DNA of 62,519 bases, counting the filler. It is 4 parts of 4 records of this genome, joined end to end, with 100 filler letters (N's around TTAATTAATTAA, not from the genome) between each part and the next. Parts side by side here need not be neighbours in the genome. Positions count along the whole stretch, not along the records: positions 46,221 to 55,145 come from DRR723986_5149; positions 55,246 to 62,519 come from DRR723986_5159; 2 more parts are not named here. One strand, 5' to 3'. The notes under the pieces were generated by a model that did not search any database, was not told where the DNA came from, and saw only the letters and a program-made list of their open reading frames with translations. Both the position numbers and the translations under genes were made by a program. Shown piece by piece: positions 48,046 through 57,479 of this stretch; within the stretch, counting starts at the first letter, position 1, and every line of letters begins with the position of its first letter.

Positions 48046-48268
48046 CAGTTGTGATCTTCTGTGATCTTGGTGCTATTGCGATTGAAGCATGGCTCAAGTG
48101 CATGTAATTCCATACAGAATACGACAAAGGTGTGGCAATTCCTCGGACTTTTGCCTGCGGGACACCACAAAGTGCGGAATCGGCGTTTTGCAACGCAAAT
48201 TATTGTGCTAGGCAAGGTCGCAAGAAGGGTCGGGTGACCATGTGTTTAACGATACAAAGGGTGGGGGC

Positions 48269-49138
48269 ATGACAGTGGCGGGGTCGCGTAAGCGGATGAT
48301 CGGTGCGGTGCTTGTGGTTGCGGCTTTGACGGCTTGCGGCGCGCGGGATGCCGGACGCACCACGACGAATTTCTTCAACCCTCAGGAAATTCCGCTTGAG
48401 ACCTATTCCGCCGAGCAGATCTTTGAACGGGGCGAGTTTGAGCTGAACCGCCGCCGCCCCAAAGAGGCCGCGTTCTATTTCGCCGAGATTGAGCGGCTTT
48501 ACCCCTATTCGGACTGGGCCCGCCGCGCTTTGATCATGCAGGCCTTTGCCTATCACAAGAACAAGGACTACCCCGACAGCCGGTCGGCCGCGCAGCGTTT
48601 CATTGATTTTTACCCTGATGACGACGATGCGGCCTATGCGCAGTATCTGCTGGCGCTGAGCTATTATGACCAGATTGACGAAGTGGGCCGTGATCAGGGG
48701 CTGACCTTTCAGGCGCTGCAATCGCTGCGTGACGTGATCGAGAAATATCCAGACAGCGAATATGCCAAATCGGCGATCCTGAAATTTGATCTGGCCTTTG
48801 ACCATTTGGCGGGCAAAGAGATGGAAATCGGCCGCTATTACCTGCGCCGCAATCACTACACCGCCGCGATCAATCGTTTCCGCGTTGTTGTTGAGGATTT
48901 CCAGACCACGACCCACACTGCGGAAGCTTTGCACCGTTTGGTTGAGGGATACCTGTCGCTTGGCCTGACCAATGAGGCCCAGACTGCGGCGGCGATCCTT
49001 GGCCACAACTATCAATCCACGGATTGGTATGAGGACAGCTATAAGCTGCTGACCGGGCAGGGACTTGAGCCGAAGTTCTTTAAGGACAACTGGCTAAGCA
49101 AGGTTTACCGCCAGACCATCAAGGGCGAGTGGTTGTAA
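48269..49138 (+). CDS. bamD: Outer membrane protein assembly lipoprotein BamD
   Basis: Lipobox LTAC; YPYS, RDQ, KEMEIGRYY and AAINRF motifs; lpxC-bamD-recN order. Confidence 0.93.
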   Translation: MTVAGSRKRMIGAVLVVAALTACGARDAGRTTTNFFNPQEIPLETYSAEQIFERGEFELNRRRPKEAAFYFAEIERLYPYSDWARRALIMQAFAYHKNKDYPDSRSAAQRFIDFYPDDDDAAYAQYLLALSYYDQIDEVGRDQGLTFQALQSLRDVIEKYPDSEYAKSAILKFDLAFDHLAGKEMEIGRYYLRRNHYTAAINRFRVVVEDFQTTTHTAEALHRLVEGYLSLGLTNEAQTAAAILGHNYQSTDWYEDSYKLLTGQGLEPKFFKDNWLSKVYRQTIKGEWL

Positions 49139-49174
49139 CGCGTGGGGTAACTCCCCACTCTACGGGCTGATCTG

Positions 49175-50824
49175 ATGCTGCGCGGGCTTGATATATCGGA
49201 CATGCTGATCATTGACCGGCTGGAGCTTGGCTTTCAACCGGGGTTGAATGTGCTGACCGGTGAAACCGGCGCGGGCAAGTCTATCCTTTTGGATTCGTTG
49301 GGTTTTGTTCTAGGCTGGCGCGGCCGTGCCGATCTGGTGCGCCAAGGGGCGGAGCAGGGCGAGGTCACAGCATGGTTTGATCTGGCCGAGGGGCATCCGG
49401 CCCGTGCTGTCCTGCAAGAGGCGGGATTGCCAGACGGCGATGAGCTGATCCTGCGGCGGATCAATGGACGGGACGGGCGCAAGACCGCCTGGGTCAATGA
49501 CCGGCGCTGTTCGGGCGAGGTGTTGCGGGCGCTTTCGGAAACCCTGGTGGAGTTGCACGGGCAGCATGATGACCGCGGTCTGCTGAACCCGCGCGGGCAC
49601 CGCGCCATTCTGGACGATTTTGCGGGCAACGGGGCGGCACAGGCCAAGGTGCGCAAGGCCTGGTCTGCCCTTGCAGCGGCGCGAAAAGCCGCCAAGATCG
49701 CCGCAGATGAGCGCGAAGCTATTGAAGCCGAAGAAGAATTTCTGCGTCATGCAGTCGCCGAGCTGGACAAGCTGGACCCGCAAGAGGGCGAAGAGGCGAC
49801 ACTGGATACCAAACGCCGGATGATGCAGGGCGCGGAAAAGATCCGCAGTGATGTGGTCAACGCCTATGAGATGATGGGCCAGAACGGCGCAGAGCGGCAT
49901 ATGGGGGATGCCTTGCGTTGGCTGGATGGGGCGGCGGCACAGGCCGAAGGGGCGCTTGAGGCACCGATGGCGGCGCTGAACCGGGCGATGGTGGAACTGG
50001 ACGATGCTATGTCCGGGGTGGCCGATGCGATTGATGCGATGTCGTTTAATCCGATTGAGCTGGAAGAGACCGAAGAACGCCTGTTTGCCATCCGCGGGTT
50101 GGCCCGCAAACATGACGTGGCTCCTGATGATTTGGCAGGCTTTGCCGGTACACTGCGGGCCAAGCTGGATGCACTGGATGCGGGCGAGGCGGCGCAGGCG
50201 GCGCTGGAACAAGCGGTCAAGGATGCAGAAGCTGCCTATGAAGCGGCGGCAGACACCCTGAGCCGGAGCCGCGCCAAGGCGGCGGCCAAGCTGGACAAGG
50301 CAGTCGCGGCGGAGCTGGCCCCCCTCAAGATGGAGCGGGCGGTGTTCGAGACGCAAATCACCGCCGAAGAACCGGGACCGGACGGCCGCGATGGCGTGTC
50401 CTTTACCGTGGCCACAAACCCCGGTGCGCCTGCTGGCCCGCTGGGCAAGATCGCATCGGGCGGTGAACTCAGCCGGTTTTTGCTGGCGCTCAAGGTCTGT
50501 CTGACACAGGGCCAGACAGGTCTGACCATGATCTTTGACGAAATTGACCGCGGCGTCGGCGGGGCAACCGCCGATGCGGTGGGGCGGCGTCTGTCGGCGC
50601 TGGCCGAAGGCGGGCAGGTTCTGGTTGTCACCCATTCACCGCAGGTGGCCGCCCTCGGGGCGCATCACTGGCGCGTGGCCAAGGGTGTGACCAAGGGCGT
50701 CACCACCTCAACCGTGGTGCCGCTGGCCCCGGAAGACCGGGTGGATGAAGTGGCGCGGATGTTGTCGGGCGATGTGATCACCGACGCCGCCCGCGCCGCC
50801 GCCGAGGCCTTGTTGGCGGGGTAG
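49175..50824 (+). CDS. recN: DNA repair protein RecN
   Basis: LTGETGAGKS, HGQHD, ASGGELSR, FDEIDRGVGG and THSPQVAA motifs. Confidence 0.96.
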   Translation: MLRGLDISDMLIIDRLELGFQPGLNVLTGETGAGKSILLDSLGFVLGWRGRADLVRQGAEQGEVTAWFDLAEGHPARAVLQEAGLPDGDELILRRINGRDGRKTAWVNDRRCSGEVLRALSETLVELHGQHDDRGLLNPRGHRAILDDFAGNGAAQAKVRKAWSALAAARKAAKIAADEREAIEAEEEFLRHAVAELDKLDPQEGEEATLDTKRRMMQGAEKIRSDVVNAYEMMGQNGAERHMGDALRWLDGAAAQAEGALEAPMAALNRAMVELDDAMSGVADAIDAMSFNPIELEETEERLFAIRGLARKHDVAPDDLAGFAGTLRAKLDALDAGEAAQAALEQAVKDAEAAYEAAADTLSRSRAKAAAKLDKAVAAELAPLKMERAVFETQITAEEPGPDGRDGVSFTVATNPGAPAGPLGKIASGGELSRFLLALKVCLTQGQTGLTMIFDEIDRGVGGATADAVGRRLSALAEGGQVLVVTHSPQVAALGAHHWRVAKGVTKGVTTSTVVPLAPEDRVDEVARMLSGDVITDAARAAAEALLAG

Positions 50825-50888
50825 GCAGGATGGGGCAACGTCATAAGTCTTTGCTCCGATCAATGCGATCCCTTATGGCGGTGGTGTC

Positions 50889-52574
50889 ATGACCCAGCGC
50901 TCGCCTTCCTTTCTGGCACAGCAATTTGACCAGGCGGTCTGCGCCTGCCGTGACGGTCTCAAGGTCATCCGCACCCGTGGTCCGGGCAAGATCACCTTTT
51001 GGTTTATTGCCCTGTTGATCGGCATCGCCGCCGGATTTGCCGCATTGTTTTTTCGTAAAGGGATCAATTGGCTACAGGCCACCCTTTACGGAACGGAAGA
51101 TGTGCAGAACCTGCATAGTTTCCTCACCGGAGTGCCGTGGTATTATATCGTTTTGATCCCCACCATTGGCGGGTTGATTGTCGGGCTGATCCTGCATTTC
51201 TTCACCCATGATGCGCGGTCGCGGTCCGTCAGTGACGTGATCCTCGGCGCGGCAATGCATGATGGCCGGGTCGAGACCCGCGCCGGGCTCGCCTCGGCGC
51301 TTTCGTCAATGATCACCCTCAGCACCGGTGGGTCGTCGGGGCGCGAAGGGCCGGTTGTGCATCTGGCGGGAGTGATTTCCACATGGGTCAGCCGCCGGAT
51401 AAACGCCGATGGTATAACGGGGCGGGATCTGCTGGGATGCGCAGTGGCGGCGGCGGTATCGGCCAGCTTCAACGCCCCCATTGCCGGGGCCTTGTTCGCG
51501 CTTGAGGTGGTGCTGAGGCATTTTGCCGTACATGCCTTTGCACCCATCGTTATTGCATCTGTAGCGGGCACAGTGATCAACCGCTGGGAGTTTGGCGGCG
51601 TCACCGAGTTTATCCTGCCGACCTATGGCGATCTGCAATTCTATGTCGAGCTGCCCGCGTTCCTGCTGCTGGGGCTCACTTGCGGTTTGGTCTCTGTGGT
51701 CTTGATGCGGGGAATCTTTTGGGCCGAAGACTTTGGTGATGTCATTGAAAAGGCGACAAAATTGCCGCGATGGCTGCGCCCGGCGGTGGCGGGGGCGATC
51801 CTTGGCGTCATTGCGATCTGGTTTCCGCATATCATTGGCGTGGGCTATGAAACCACGTCACATGCACTGACCGGCCAATTGGTGTTGCACGAGGCGATCA
51901 TCTTTGCCGTGCTCAAGGTGGCGGCGGTTTCCATCACCTTGGGCGGTCGCATGGGCGGCGGGGTGTTTTCGCCCTCGTTGATGATCGGTGCGCTGACGGG
52001 CCTGGGCTTTGGCCTGATTGCCACCGGCGTGTTTCCCGATGTCTCCGGTTCGTCCTCGCTTTACGCGCTGGCGGGTATGGGCGCGGTGGCCGCAGCGGTG
52101 CTGGGCGCGCCGATTTCCACCACATTGATCGTCTTTGAGCTGACCGGGGATTGGCAAACCGGTCTTGCGGTGATGGTCGCGGTCAGCATGTCCACGGCTC
52201 TGGCCTCGCGTATCGTCGATCGCAGCTTTTTCCTGACCCAGATTGAACGGCGCGGCATTCATCTGGCCGCAGGGCCGCAGGCTTATCTGCTGTCGATGTT
52301 CATGGTGGCGCGGATCATGCGCCGGCCGGATGATCCGAAGGCGGCGGATGACGCCGCCTGTTGGGATCTCATCAACGAAGGCACCTATATCGACGGCACC
52401 GCCACGCTTGAAGCTGCGCTGCCGGTGTTTGAGCAATCAGGCGCACGGTTCATTCCGGTCGTGACGCTCAGCGCGGATGCGCCTCCCGAACTGCTCGGGG
52501 CGCTGTTTCACGTCGATGCGCTGAAGGTCTATAACAGGGCCTTGGCCGCCACGGCCGCCGAGGAACATTCCTGA
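50889..52574 (+). CDS. CLC-family chloride channel/transporter
   Basis: GREGP, FNAPIAG, GGVFSP, GAPIST and FELTG motifs; degenerate CBS-like tail. Confidence 0.92.
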   Translation: MTQRSPSFLAQQFDQAVCACRDGLKVIRTRGPGKITFWFIALLIGIAAGFAALFFRKGINWLQATLYGTEDVQNLHSFLTGVPWYYIVLIPTIGGLIVGLILHFFTHDARSRSVSDVILGAAMHDGRVETRAGLASALSSMITLSTGGSSGREGPVVHLAGVISTWVSRRINADGITGRDLLGCAVAAAVSASFNAPIAGALFALEVVLRHFAVHAFAPIVIASVAGTVINRWEFGGVTEFILPTYGDLQFYVELPAFLLLGLTCGLVSVVLMRGIFWAEDFGDVIEKATKLPRWLRPAVAGAILGVIAIWFPHIIGVGYETTSHALTGQLVLHEAIIFAVLKVAAVSITLGGRMGGGVFSPSLMIGALTGLGFGLIATGVFPDVSGSSSLYALAGMGAVAAAVLGAPISTTLIVFELTGDWQTGLAVMVAVSMSTALASRIVDRSFFLTQIERRGIHLAAGPQAYLLSMFMVARIMRRPDDPKAADDAACWDLINEGTYIDGTATLEAALPVFEQSGARFIPVVTLSADAPPELLGALFHVDALKVYNRALAATAAEEHS

Positions 52575-52586
52575 TTTCGTGCCAGA

Positions 52587-52931
52587 TCAGATCTGTTCGA
52601 CGGTGATTTCCTCGATGGGATAAAACGCCAGATGATCCTTGATCGCTGCCACGGCTTCATGCGGGTCTTCATAGGACCAAACCGCATTCTCCAGCGTCCG
52701 GCTTTTGGTCACCACTGAGAAATAGCGGGCATCGCCCTTGTGCGGGCAATGGGTGGTTTTGTCGGTGCTGTCGAGAAACGCCATCGCAATATCGCCGCGC
52801 GGGAAATACACAACCTCGGGATAATCGCCTTCTTGCAGGATCAGGGCATTGTTGGTTTCGCCCAGAACGGCACCACCGGCACGCACGGTCCAATTGGCAT
52901 CGGATTGTGTAATTGTGATGTGATCGGCCAT
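52587..52931 (-). CDS. DUF427 family protein
   Basis: YFPRGD, THCPHKGDARY, AVWSYEDP and HLAFY motifs. Confidence 0.88.
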   Translation of the reverse strand: MADHITITQSDANWTVRAGGAVLGETNNALILQEGDYPEVVYFPRGDIAMAFLDSTDKTTHCPHKGDARYFSVVTKSRTLENAVWSYEDPHEAVAAIKDHLAFYPIEEITVEQI

Positions 52932-52963
52932 GCTGTTTCTCCCCAAAAGCGTTCTTATCCCCG

Positions 52964-54754
52964 TTAGATCGGGGCCGTGGCCGCATCCAACCATAGTTTT
53001 GTAACAGGCGATACCCGCGGTCCGATTTTTTCTGCAACCTCCGCATGGTAGGCGTTCAGCCATGTCCGCGCCGCAGGGTCCAAAAGCGTGGGCACAATCA
53101 GCCGCCGGTCGATAGGGGCAAAGCTGAGCGTGCGCCAGTGCAACATCTTGCGATGCGCGTCGCCCCCCGCCAAATCTGGCGCGTCTTCGACCACCAACAG
53201 GTTTTCGATGCGGATGCCAAAGGCGCCCTCGCGGTAGTATCCCGGCTCATTCGACAGGATCATGCCGGTATCCAGCGGCACATGGCTGACCTTGCTGAGC
53301 CGTTGTGGCCCTTCATGCACGCTGAGGTAAGCGCCAACGCCATGCCCCAGCCCGTGATCAAAATCCTGCCCGGCCAGCCATAGTGGCATCCGGCCAATCG
53401 CCTCGATGTCACGTCCCGCCAGCCCGCGCGGCCAGCGCAGGCGGCTCATGGCGATCATCCCGGATAGCACACGGGTGAAGGCGGCGCTGGCCTCCTCCGG
53501 CGGGGTGCCGATGGCAATGGTGCGGGTGATGTCGGTGGTGCCATCCAGATATTGCCCGCCCGAATCCAGCACCAACAGATGCCCGTCCTCAAGGCGGCTG
53601 TCGCTGTCTTCGGTCACGCGGTAATGCATGATCGCGCCATTGGGGCCGGTGCCCGCGATGGTTTCGAAACTGATGTCCTGCAACGCATTGTCCTTGCGCC
53701 GCGCGGCCTCCAGCTGGCTGACCACTTGGGTTTCGGTGAGGCTGCCAGCGGGCTGCGCGTCGAGCCAGGCCAAGACCTCGCAGAGCGCCCCACCATCACG
53801 CAGATGCGCCTGAGCCGATCCAGCGATTTCGGCGGCATTCTTGCAGGCTTTGGGCAGGGCGCAGGGATCATCACCAAAGACAACCGCATCGCCCAATGCG
53901 TCGGCAAGGATGATCGGGACGCTTTGCTTTTCAATGCGCACAGGGCCTTTGAGCTGCCCCAGAAAGGCGATCAATGTTGCAGGGTCATGCACCGTGACCT
54001 GCGGACCCAGATGATCTTGTGCCGTCTCAAGCTTGGACGCAGCGGCGAACAGATCCACCGCACCGTCCTGATGCAGCACGGCAAAACCATGCATCACCGG
54101 ATTGCGCGGGATGTCCGCGCCGCGCAGGTTCAGCAGCCAACACAGGCTGTCAGGCAAGGTGATGAGGGCCGCCGCATGGCCCGCATCCTGCAAGGCCTTG
54201 CCCAGCCGCGTACGTTTATCCTCATGGCTTTCGCCTGCAAATTCAATGGGGTGCACCTTGGCCGGGGCCATTGGCGGGGCAGGTTGGTCTGTCCATATCC
54301 GGTCCACCAGATTGCCGCAGGCCCGCATCTCTATGCCGGTGCCGGACAAACCCTCAGCCAGTTGTTCCAGCTGTCCAGCGCTGTGAAGCCAGGGGTCAAA
54401 TCCGACCACGCCGCCACCTGGCAATTGGTCCTTGAGCCACTGCGCCAAAGACACCTCTGGCCATGGCACCGGCGTAAACTCCGCCGCGACCTGCGTCTTG
54501 ACCTGAGTGCGATAGCGCCCGTCAATAAACACGCCCGCCACGTCTTTCAGCGCCGCACAAAAGCCTGCCGAGCCGGTGAAACCCGTCAGCCAGGCCAGCC
54601 GGTCATCATGAGGGGCAACATATTCACCCTGATGGGCATCGGCGCGGGGAATGAGAAACCCATCAAGGCCCTCTGCGCTCAACTCATCGCGCAGCGCGGC
54701 CAGACGGGGCGGCCCCTGTTCCGGGCGTGCGGTGACCTCGAAACTCTGGAACAT
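52964..54754 (-). CDS. Xaa-Pro aminopeptidase (M24B)
   Basis: GFTGSAG, DGRY, DSGGQYLDGTTDITRT, HGLGHGVG, HEGP, NEPGYY and GIRIEN motifs. Confidence 0.93.
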   Translation of the reverse strand: MFQSFEVTARPEQGPPRLAALRDELSAEGLDGFLIPRADAHQGEYVAPHDDRLAWLTGFTGSAGFCAALKDVAGVFIDGRYRTQVKTQVAAEFTPVPWPEVSLAQWLKDQLPGGGVVGFDPWLHSAGQLEQLAEGLSGTGIEMRACGNLVDRIWTDQPAPPMAPAKVHPIEFAGESHEDKRTRLGKALQDAGHAAALITLPDSLCWLLNLRGADIPRNPVMHGFAVLHQDGAVDLFAAASKLETAQDHLGPQVTVHDPATLIAFLGQLKGPVRIEKQSVPIILADALGDAVVFGDDPCALPKACKNAAEIAGSAQAHLRDGGALCEVLAWLDAQPAGSLTETQVVSQLEAARRKDNALQDISFETIAGTGPNGAIMHYRVTEDSDSRLEDGHLLVLDSGGQYLDGTTDITRTIAIGTPPEEASAAFTRVLSGMIAMSRLRWPRGLAGRDIEAIGRMPLWLAGQDFDHGLGHGVGAYLSVHEGPQRLSKVSHVPLDTGMILSNEPGYYREGAFGIRIENLLVVEDAPDLAGGDAHRKMLHWRTLSFAPIDRRLIVPTLLDPAARTWLNAYHAEVAEKIGPRVSPVTKLWLDAATAPI

Positions 54755-54797
54755 CCGCCCCTCCTTCATTTGGCTAAAAAAACTCAATCCCGCGCTC

Positions 54798-55145
54798 TCA
54801 ACCGGCGCGGCGCATCCCCATGACGCGGGCCCGTGCCCGTGGGTCACTGTCAAACAGCGCCGCCAGTTGTTCGGTCATCGCTCCGGCCAGTTGTTCCACA
54901 TCCGTGATCGTCACCGCGCGATCATAATAACGGGTGACGTCATGGCCGATGCCGATGGCCAGCAATTCCACCGCTTTGCGTTTCTCGACCATGGCAATCA
55001 CATCGCGCAGGTGTTTTTCCAGATAATTGGCGGGGTTGACCGACAGTGTGCTGTCATCCACGGGCGCGCCGTCCGAGATCACCATGAGGATCTTGCGGGC
55101 CTCGTGCCGCGCCAGCATCCGGCGGTGCGCCCATTCCAGCGCCTC
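54798..55145 (-). CDS. cobT: Cobaltochelatase CobT C-terminal vWA part (5' truncated)
   Basis: [19 protein letters not shown] and [12 protein letters not shown] motifs. Confidence 0.92.
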   Translation of the reverse strand, partial: EALEWAHRRMLARHEARKILMVISDGAPVDDSTLSVNPANYLEKHLRDVIAMVEKRKAVELLAIGIGHDVTRYYDRAVTITDVEQLAGAMTEQLAALFDSDPRARARVMGMRRAG

Positions 55146-55245
55146 NNNNNNNNNNNNNNNNNNNNNNNNNNNNNNNNNNNNNNNNNNNNTTAATTAATTA
55201 ANNNNNNNNNNNNNNNNNNNNNNNNNNNNNNNNNNNNNNNNNNNN
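55146..55245. other. Artificial contig spacer
   Basis: 44 N + TTAATTAATTAA + 44 N. Confidence 0.98.
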
Positions 55246-55860
55246 CTGGTTGATCTGCTGCGTGCCGTGATAAAGACCGGAGGTATCGCCGAGACCGACC
55301 GTGTTGGCGGTGGCGAACAGCCGGAAAGCGGCATGCGGACGGATGACCCGGCTCTGGTCGAGCAGCGTCAGGCGGCCGGAAGATTCCAGGATACGCTGGA
55401 TCACGAACATCACGTCCGGACGGCCGGCGTCGTATTCGTCGAAGACCAGCGCGACATTGTGCTGATAGGCCCAGGGCAGGATCCCGTCGCGAAACTCGGT
55501 GACCTGCTTGCCGTCCTTGATCACGATCGCGTCCTTGCCGACCAGATCGATACGGGAAATATGGCTGTCCAGGTTGACGCGGATACACGGCCAGTTGAGA
55601 CGCGACGCCACCTGTTCGATGTGGGTCGATTTACCGGTACCGTGATACCCGGTCACCATCACGCGCCGGTTATGAGCAAAACCCGCCAGGATCGCCAGCG
55701 TGGTCGCGCGGTCGAACAGGTAGTCTTCGTCACGCTCGGGCACATGTTCTGACGGCGCGGAAAATGCAGGTACCTTGAGGTCGGACTTGAAACCGAAAAC
55801 CTCTTCTACGGAAATTTCAGTGTCCGGCATGGCCATGGCCGCAGTCGTCGTCTCAGTCAT
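55246..55860 (-). CDS. cobS: Cobaltochelatase CobS (3' truncated)
   Basis: GYHGTGKSTHIEQVA, FDEYDAGRPDV and ATANTVGLGD motifs. Confidence 0.94.
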
Positions 55861-55927
55861 CAGTCCTCCGCAGTCCCGGAAGTTCGGGAAGGGTCGTTTG
55901 GGAAAAGCCGGCAGGACCCTGCAGGCT

Positions 55928-56518
55928 CTAAAGGAAACCGGCTTTTTTCAGAACGTTATACGCCTGAATGATTTCCCGCAGGCGGTCTTCGGAAGACCTG
56001 TCACCGCCATTGGCATCCGGATGGTTCAATTTAACAAGCTCCTTATAGCGCGCTTTGATTTCGGCGCCACGGGCTGTGTAAGGCAGATTGAGCACATCCA
56101 GGGAACGTTTTTCAAGCGTTAGTAGCTTTCTTTCGCGCGGGCGCCGAACTTGCTCGGTGCGCCGCTGCGCATTGGAGCGCATGCTGGAGCGGGCGTCGAA
56201 CCCGTCCGGCCCCTCGGCAGCCTGCCGGTTTACGCCCATTTTCCAGGTCGGCCGGTGCCCCGTCAGACTGTCCTTCTGATAGGTGCGCACGTCGTCGTCG
56301 CCCATACCTGTAAAATAGTTGTAGGACTTGTTGTATTCGCGCACATGGTCGACGCAGAAATTGAAATACTGCCCTTCCCGGTCACGCCCTTTCGGCGCCC
56401 GGTGCGTGCCTGGCCGCTTGCAACCCGGATGGTCGCACGAAGGATGACGGTCCTGTTCCACCCGTTCCTTGTCCGGTTTCACACGGATGCTGTCGAAGAG
56501 TTTTGAGTCCAGTTTCAT
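55928..56518 (-). CDS. J-domain protein with N-terminal Cys/His motif
   Basis: CDHPGC...FCVDHVREYN; C-terminal J domain with HPD; typical cobS neighbour. Confidence 0.9.
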   Translation of the reverse strand: MKLDSKLFDSIRVKPDKERVEQDRHPSCDHPGCKRPGTHRAPKGRDREGQYFNFCVDHVREYNKSYNYFTGMGDDDVRTYQKDSLTGHRPTWKMGVNRQAAEGPDGFDARSSMRSNAQRRTEQVRRPRERKLLTLEKRSLDVLNLPYTARGAEIKARYKELVKLNHPDANGGDRSSEDRLREIIQAYNVLKKAGFL

Positions 56519-56697
56519 GCGCCGAAATATTGAAGTGTGAGGGCCGACGGGCAAGCCGCAGGCCGTTGCATTGTCCCGGTATCCAAAGTTAATTTCCCCG
56601 CACCGGATTTCGAAAGTCGAAGAGCCCGGCACTGTATCAGGCAGGGCCGGACCACGAAAGACTTGAACTTCGAAAACAGTTACGCCAAGTGAGACAC

Positions 56698-56961
56698 ATG
56701 AGCACAAAGCAGACGATCACCGACAAACTCTCCGCAGCCTTCTCGCCGTCTTTTCTGAACGTCATCGACGAGTCGGAAAAGCACAGGGGCCACGGTGGCT
56801 GGCGCGAGGGCGGCGAAACCCACTTCCGGGTACAGATCGCCGCAGCCGCTTTCGAAGGCATGAACCGGGTTGCACAACATCGAGCGATCAACGAGACGCT
56901 CTCCCATGAACTGGCGACCACCGTGCACGCTTTAGCGATCGAAGTTCAACGCCCAGAATGA
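56698..56961 (+). CDS. bolA: BolA family protein
   Basis: DESEKHRGH, GETHF, F.GMNRVAQHR and VHAL motifs. Confidence 0.92.
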   Translation: MSTKQTITDKLSAAFSPSFLNVIDESEKHRGHGGWREGGETHFRVQIAAAAFEGMNRVAQHRAINETLSHELATTVHALAIEVQRPE

Positions 56962-56980
56962 TATTCGCTTAATTTTCCCG

Positions 56981-57400
56981 ATGGATGAACTAAGACAAAC
57001 AGCAAATTACATAAGTTGCCTCACGGTAGTTATATGTTTATTTTTAGTATATTCGGCATCAATGCTGATCTACGATCTACCGTTCTCATTTAACGAAATA
57101 CTTTTACACTACGGATGCTTATCACTCGCCGCAACTTTCAGCCTGTTTCTGATTTTCGGAAACGTGAAAAGATATTTCATTGTCAAAACAACACTTAGCG
57201 CGATTTCAACGAAATATCTATTGCGCTGCTGCGTGTTGTTTCTATCTACCCTGATCGTATTGGCGGCAATAACAGAGCTTCTTACTCTTTTCGAGTTCAC
57301 CGATATCGCTCTAGCCAGCATATTTTTTTCTTCAATTCTAATTGTATACGCCGTACTTAGCAGAGCAATCCTGAAATTTGTTTTCTTACGCACCCTATAA
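56981..57400 (+). CDS. AT-rich hypothetical membrane protein (about 4 TM)
   Basis: 139-aa ORF of hydrophobic helices; visibly much more AT-rich than its flanks. Confidence 0.55.
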   Translation: MDELRQTANYISCLTVVICLFLVYSASMLIYDLPFSFNEILLHYGCLSLAATFSLFLIFGNVKRYFIVKTTLSAISTKYLLRCCVLFLSTLIVLAAITELLTLFEFTDIALASIFFSSILIVYAVLSRAILKFVFLRTL

Positions 57401-57479
57401 GTCAACAGGTGCAAGCATCCACAAGCACAGCTGAAGACAACACGCGCCCCTTATTTCGCTCAACGATCAAGCGCCTTGC

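Noticed and set aside
54798..55860. Apparent cobS-cobT operon continuing across the spacer
   Set aside because: The halves sit on different contigs. CobS looks Hyphomicrobiales-type (WAYQHNVAL, ESSGRLTLLDQSR) while the cobT contig is Rhodobacteraceae-like, so the adjacency is probably coincidental.
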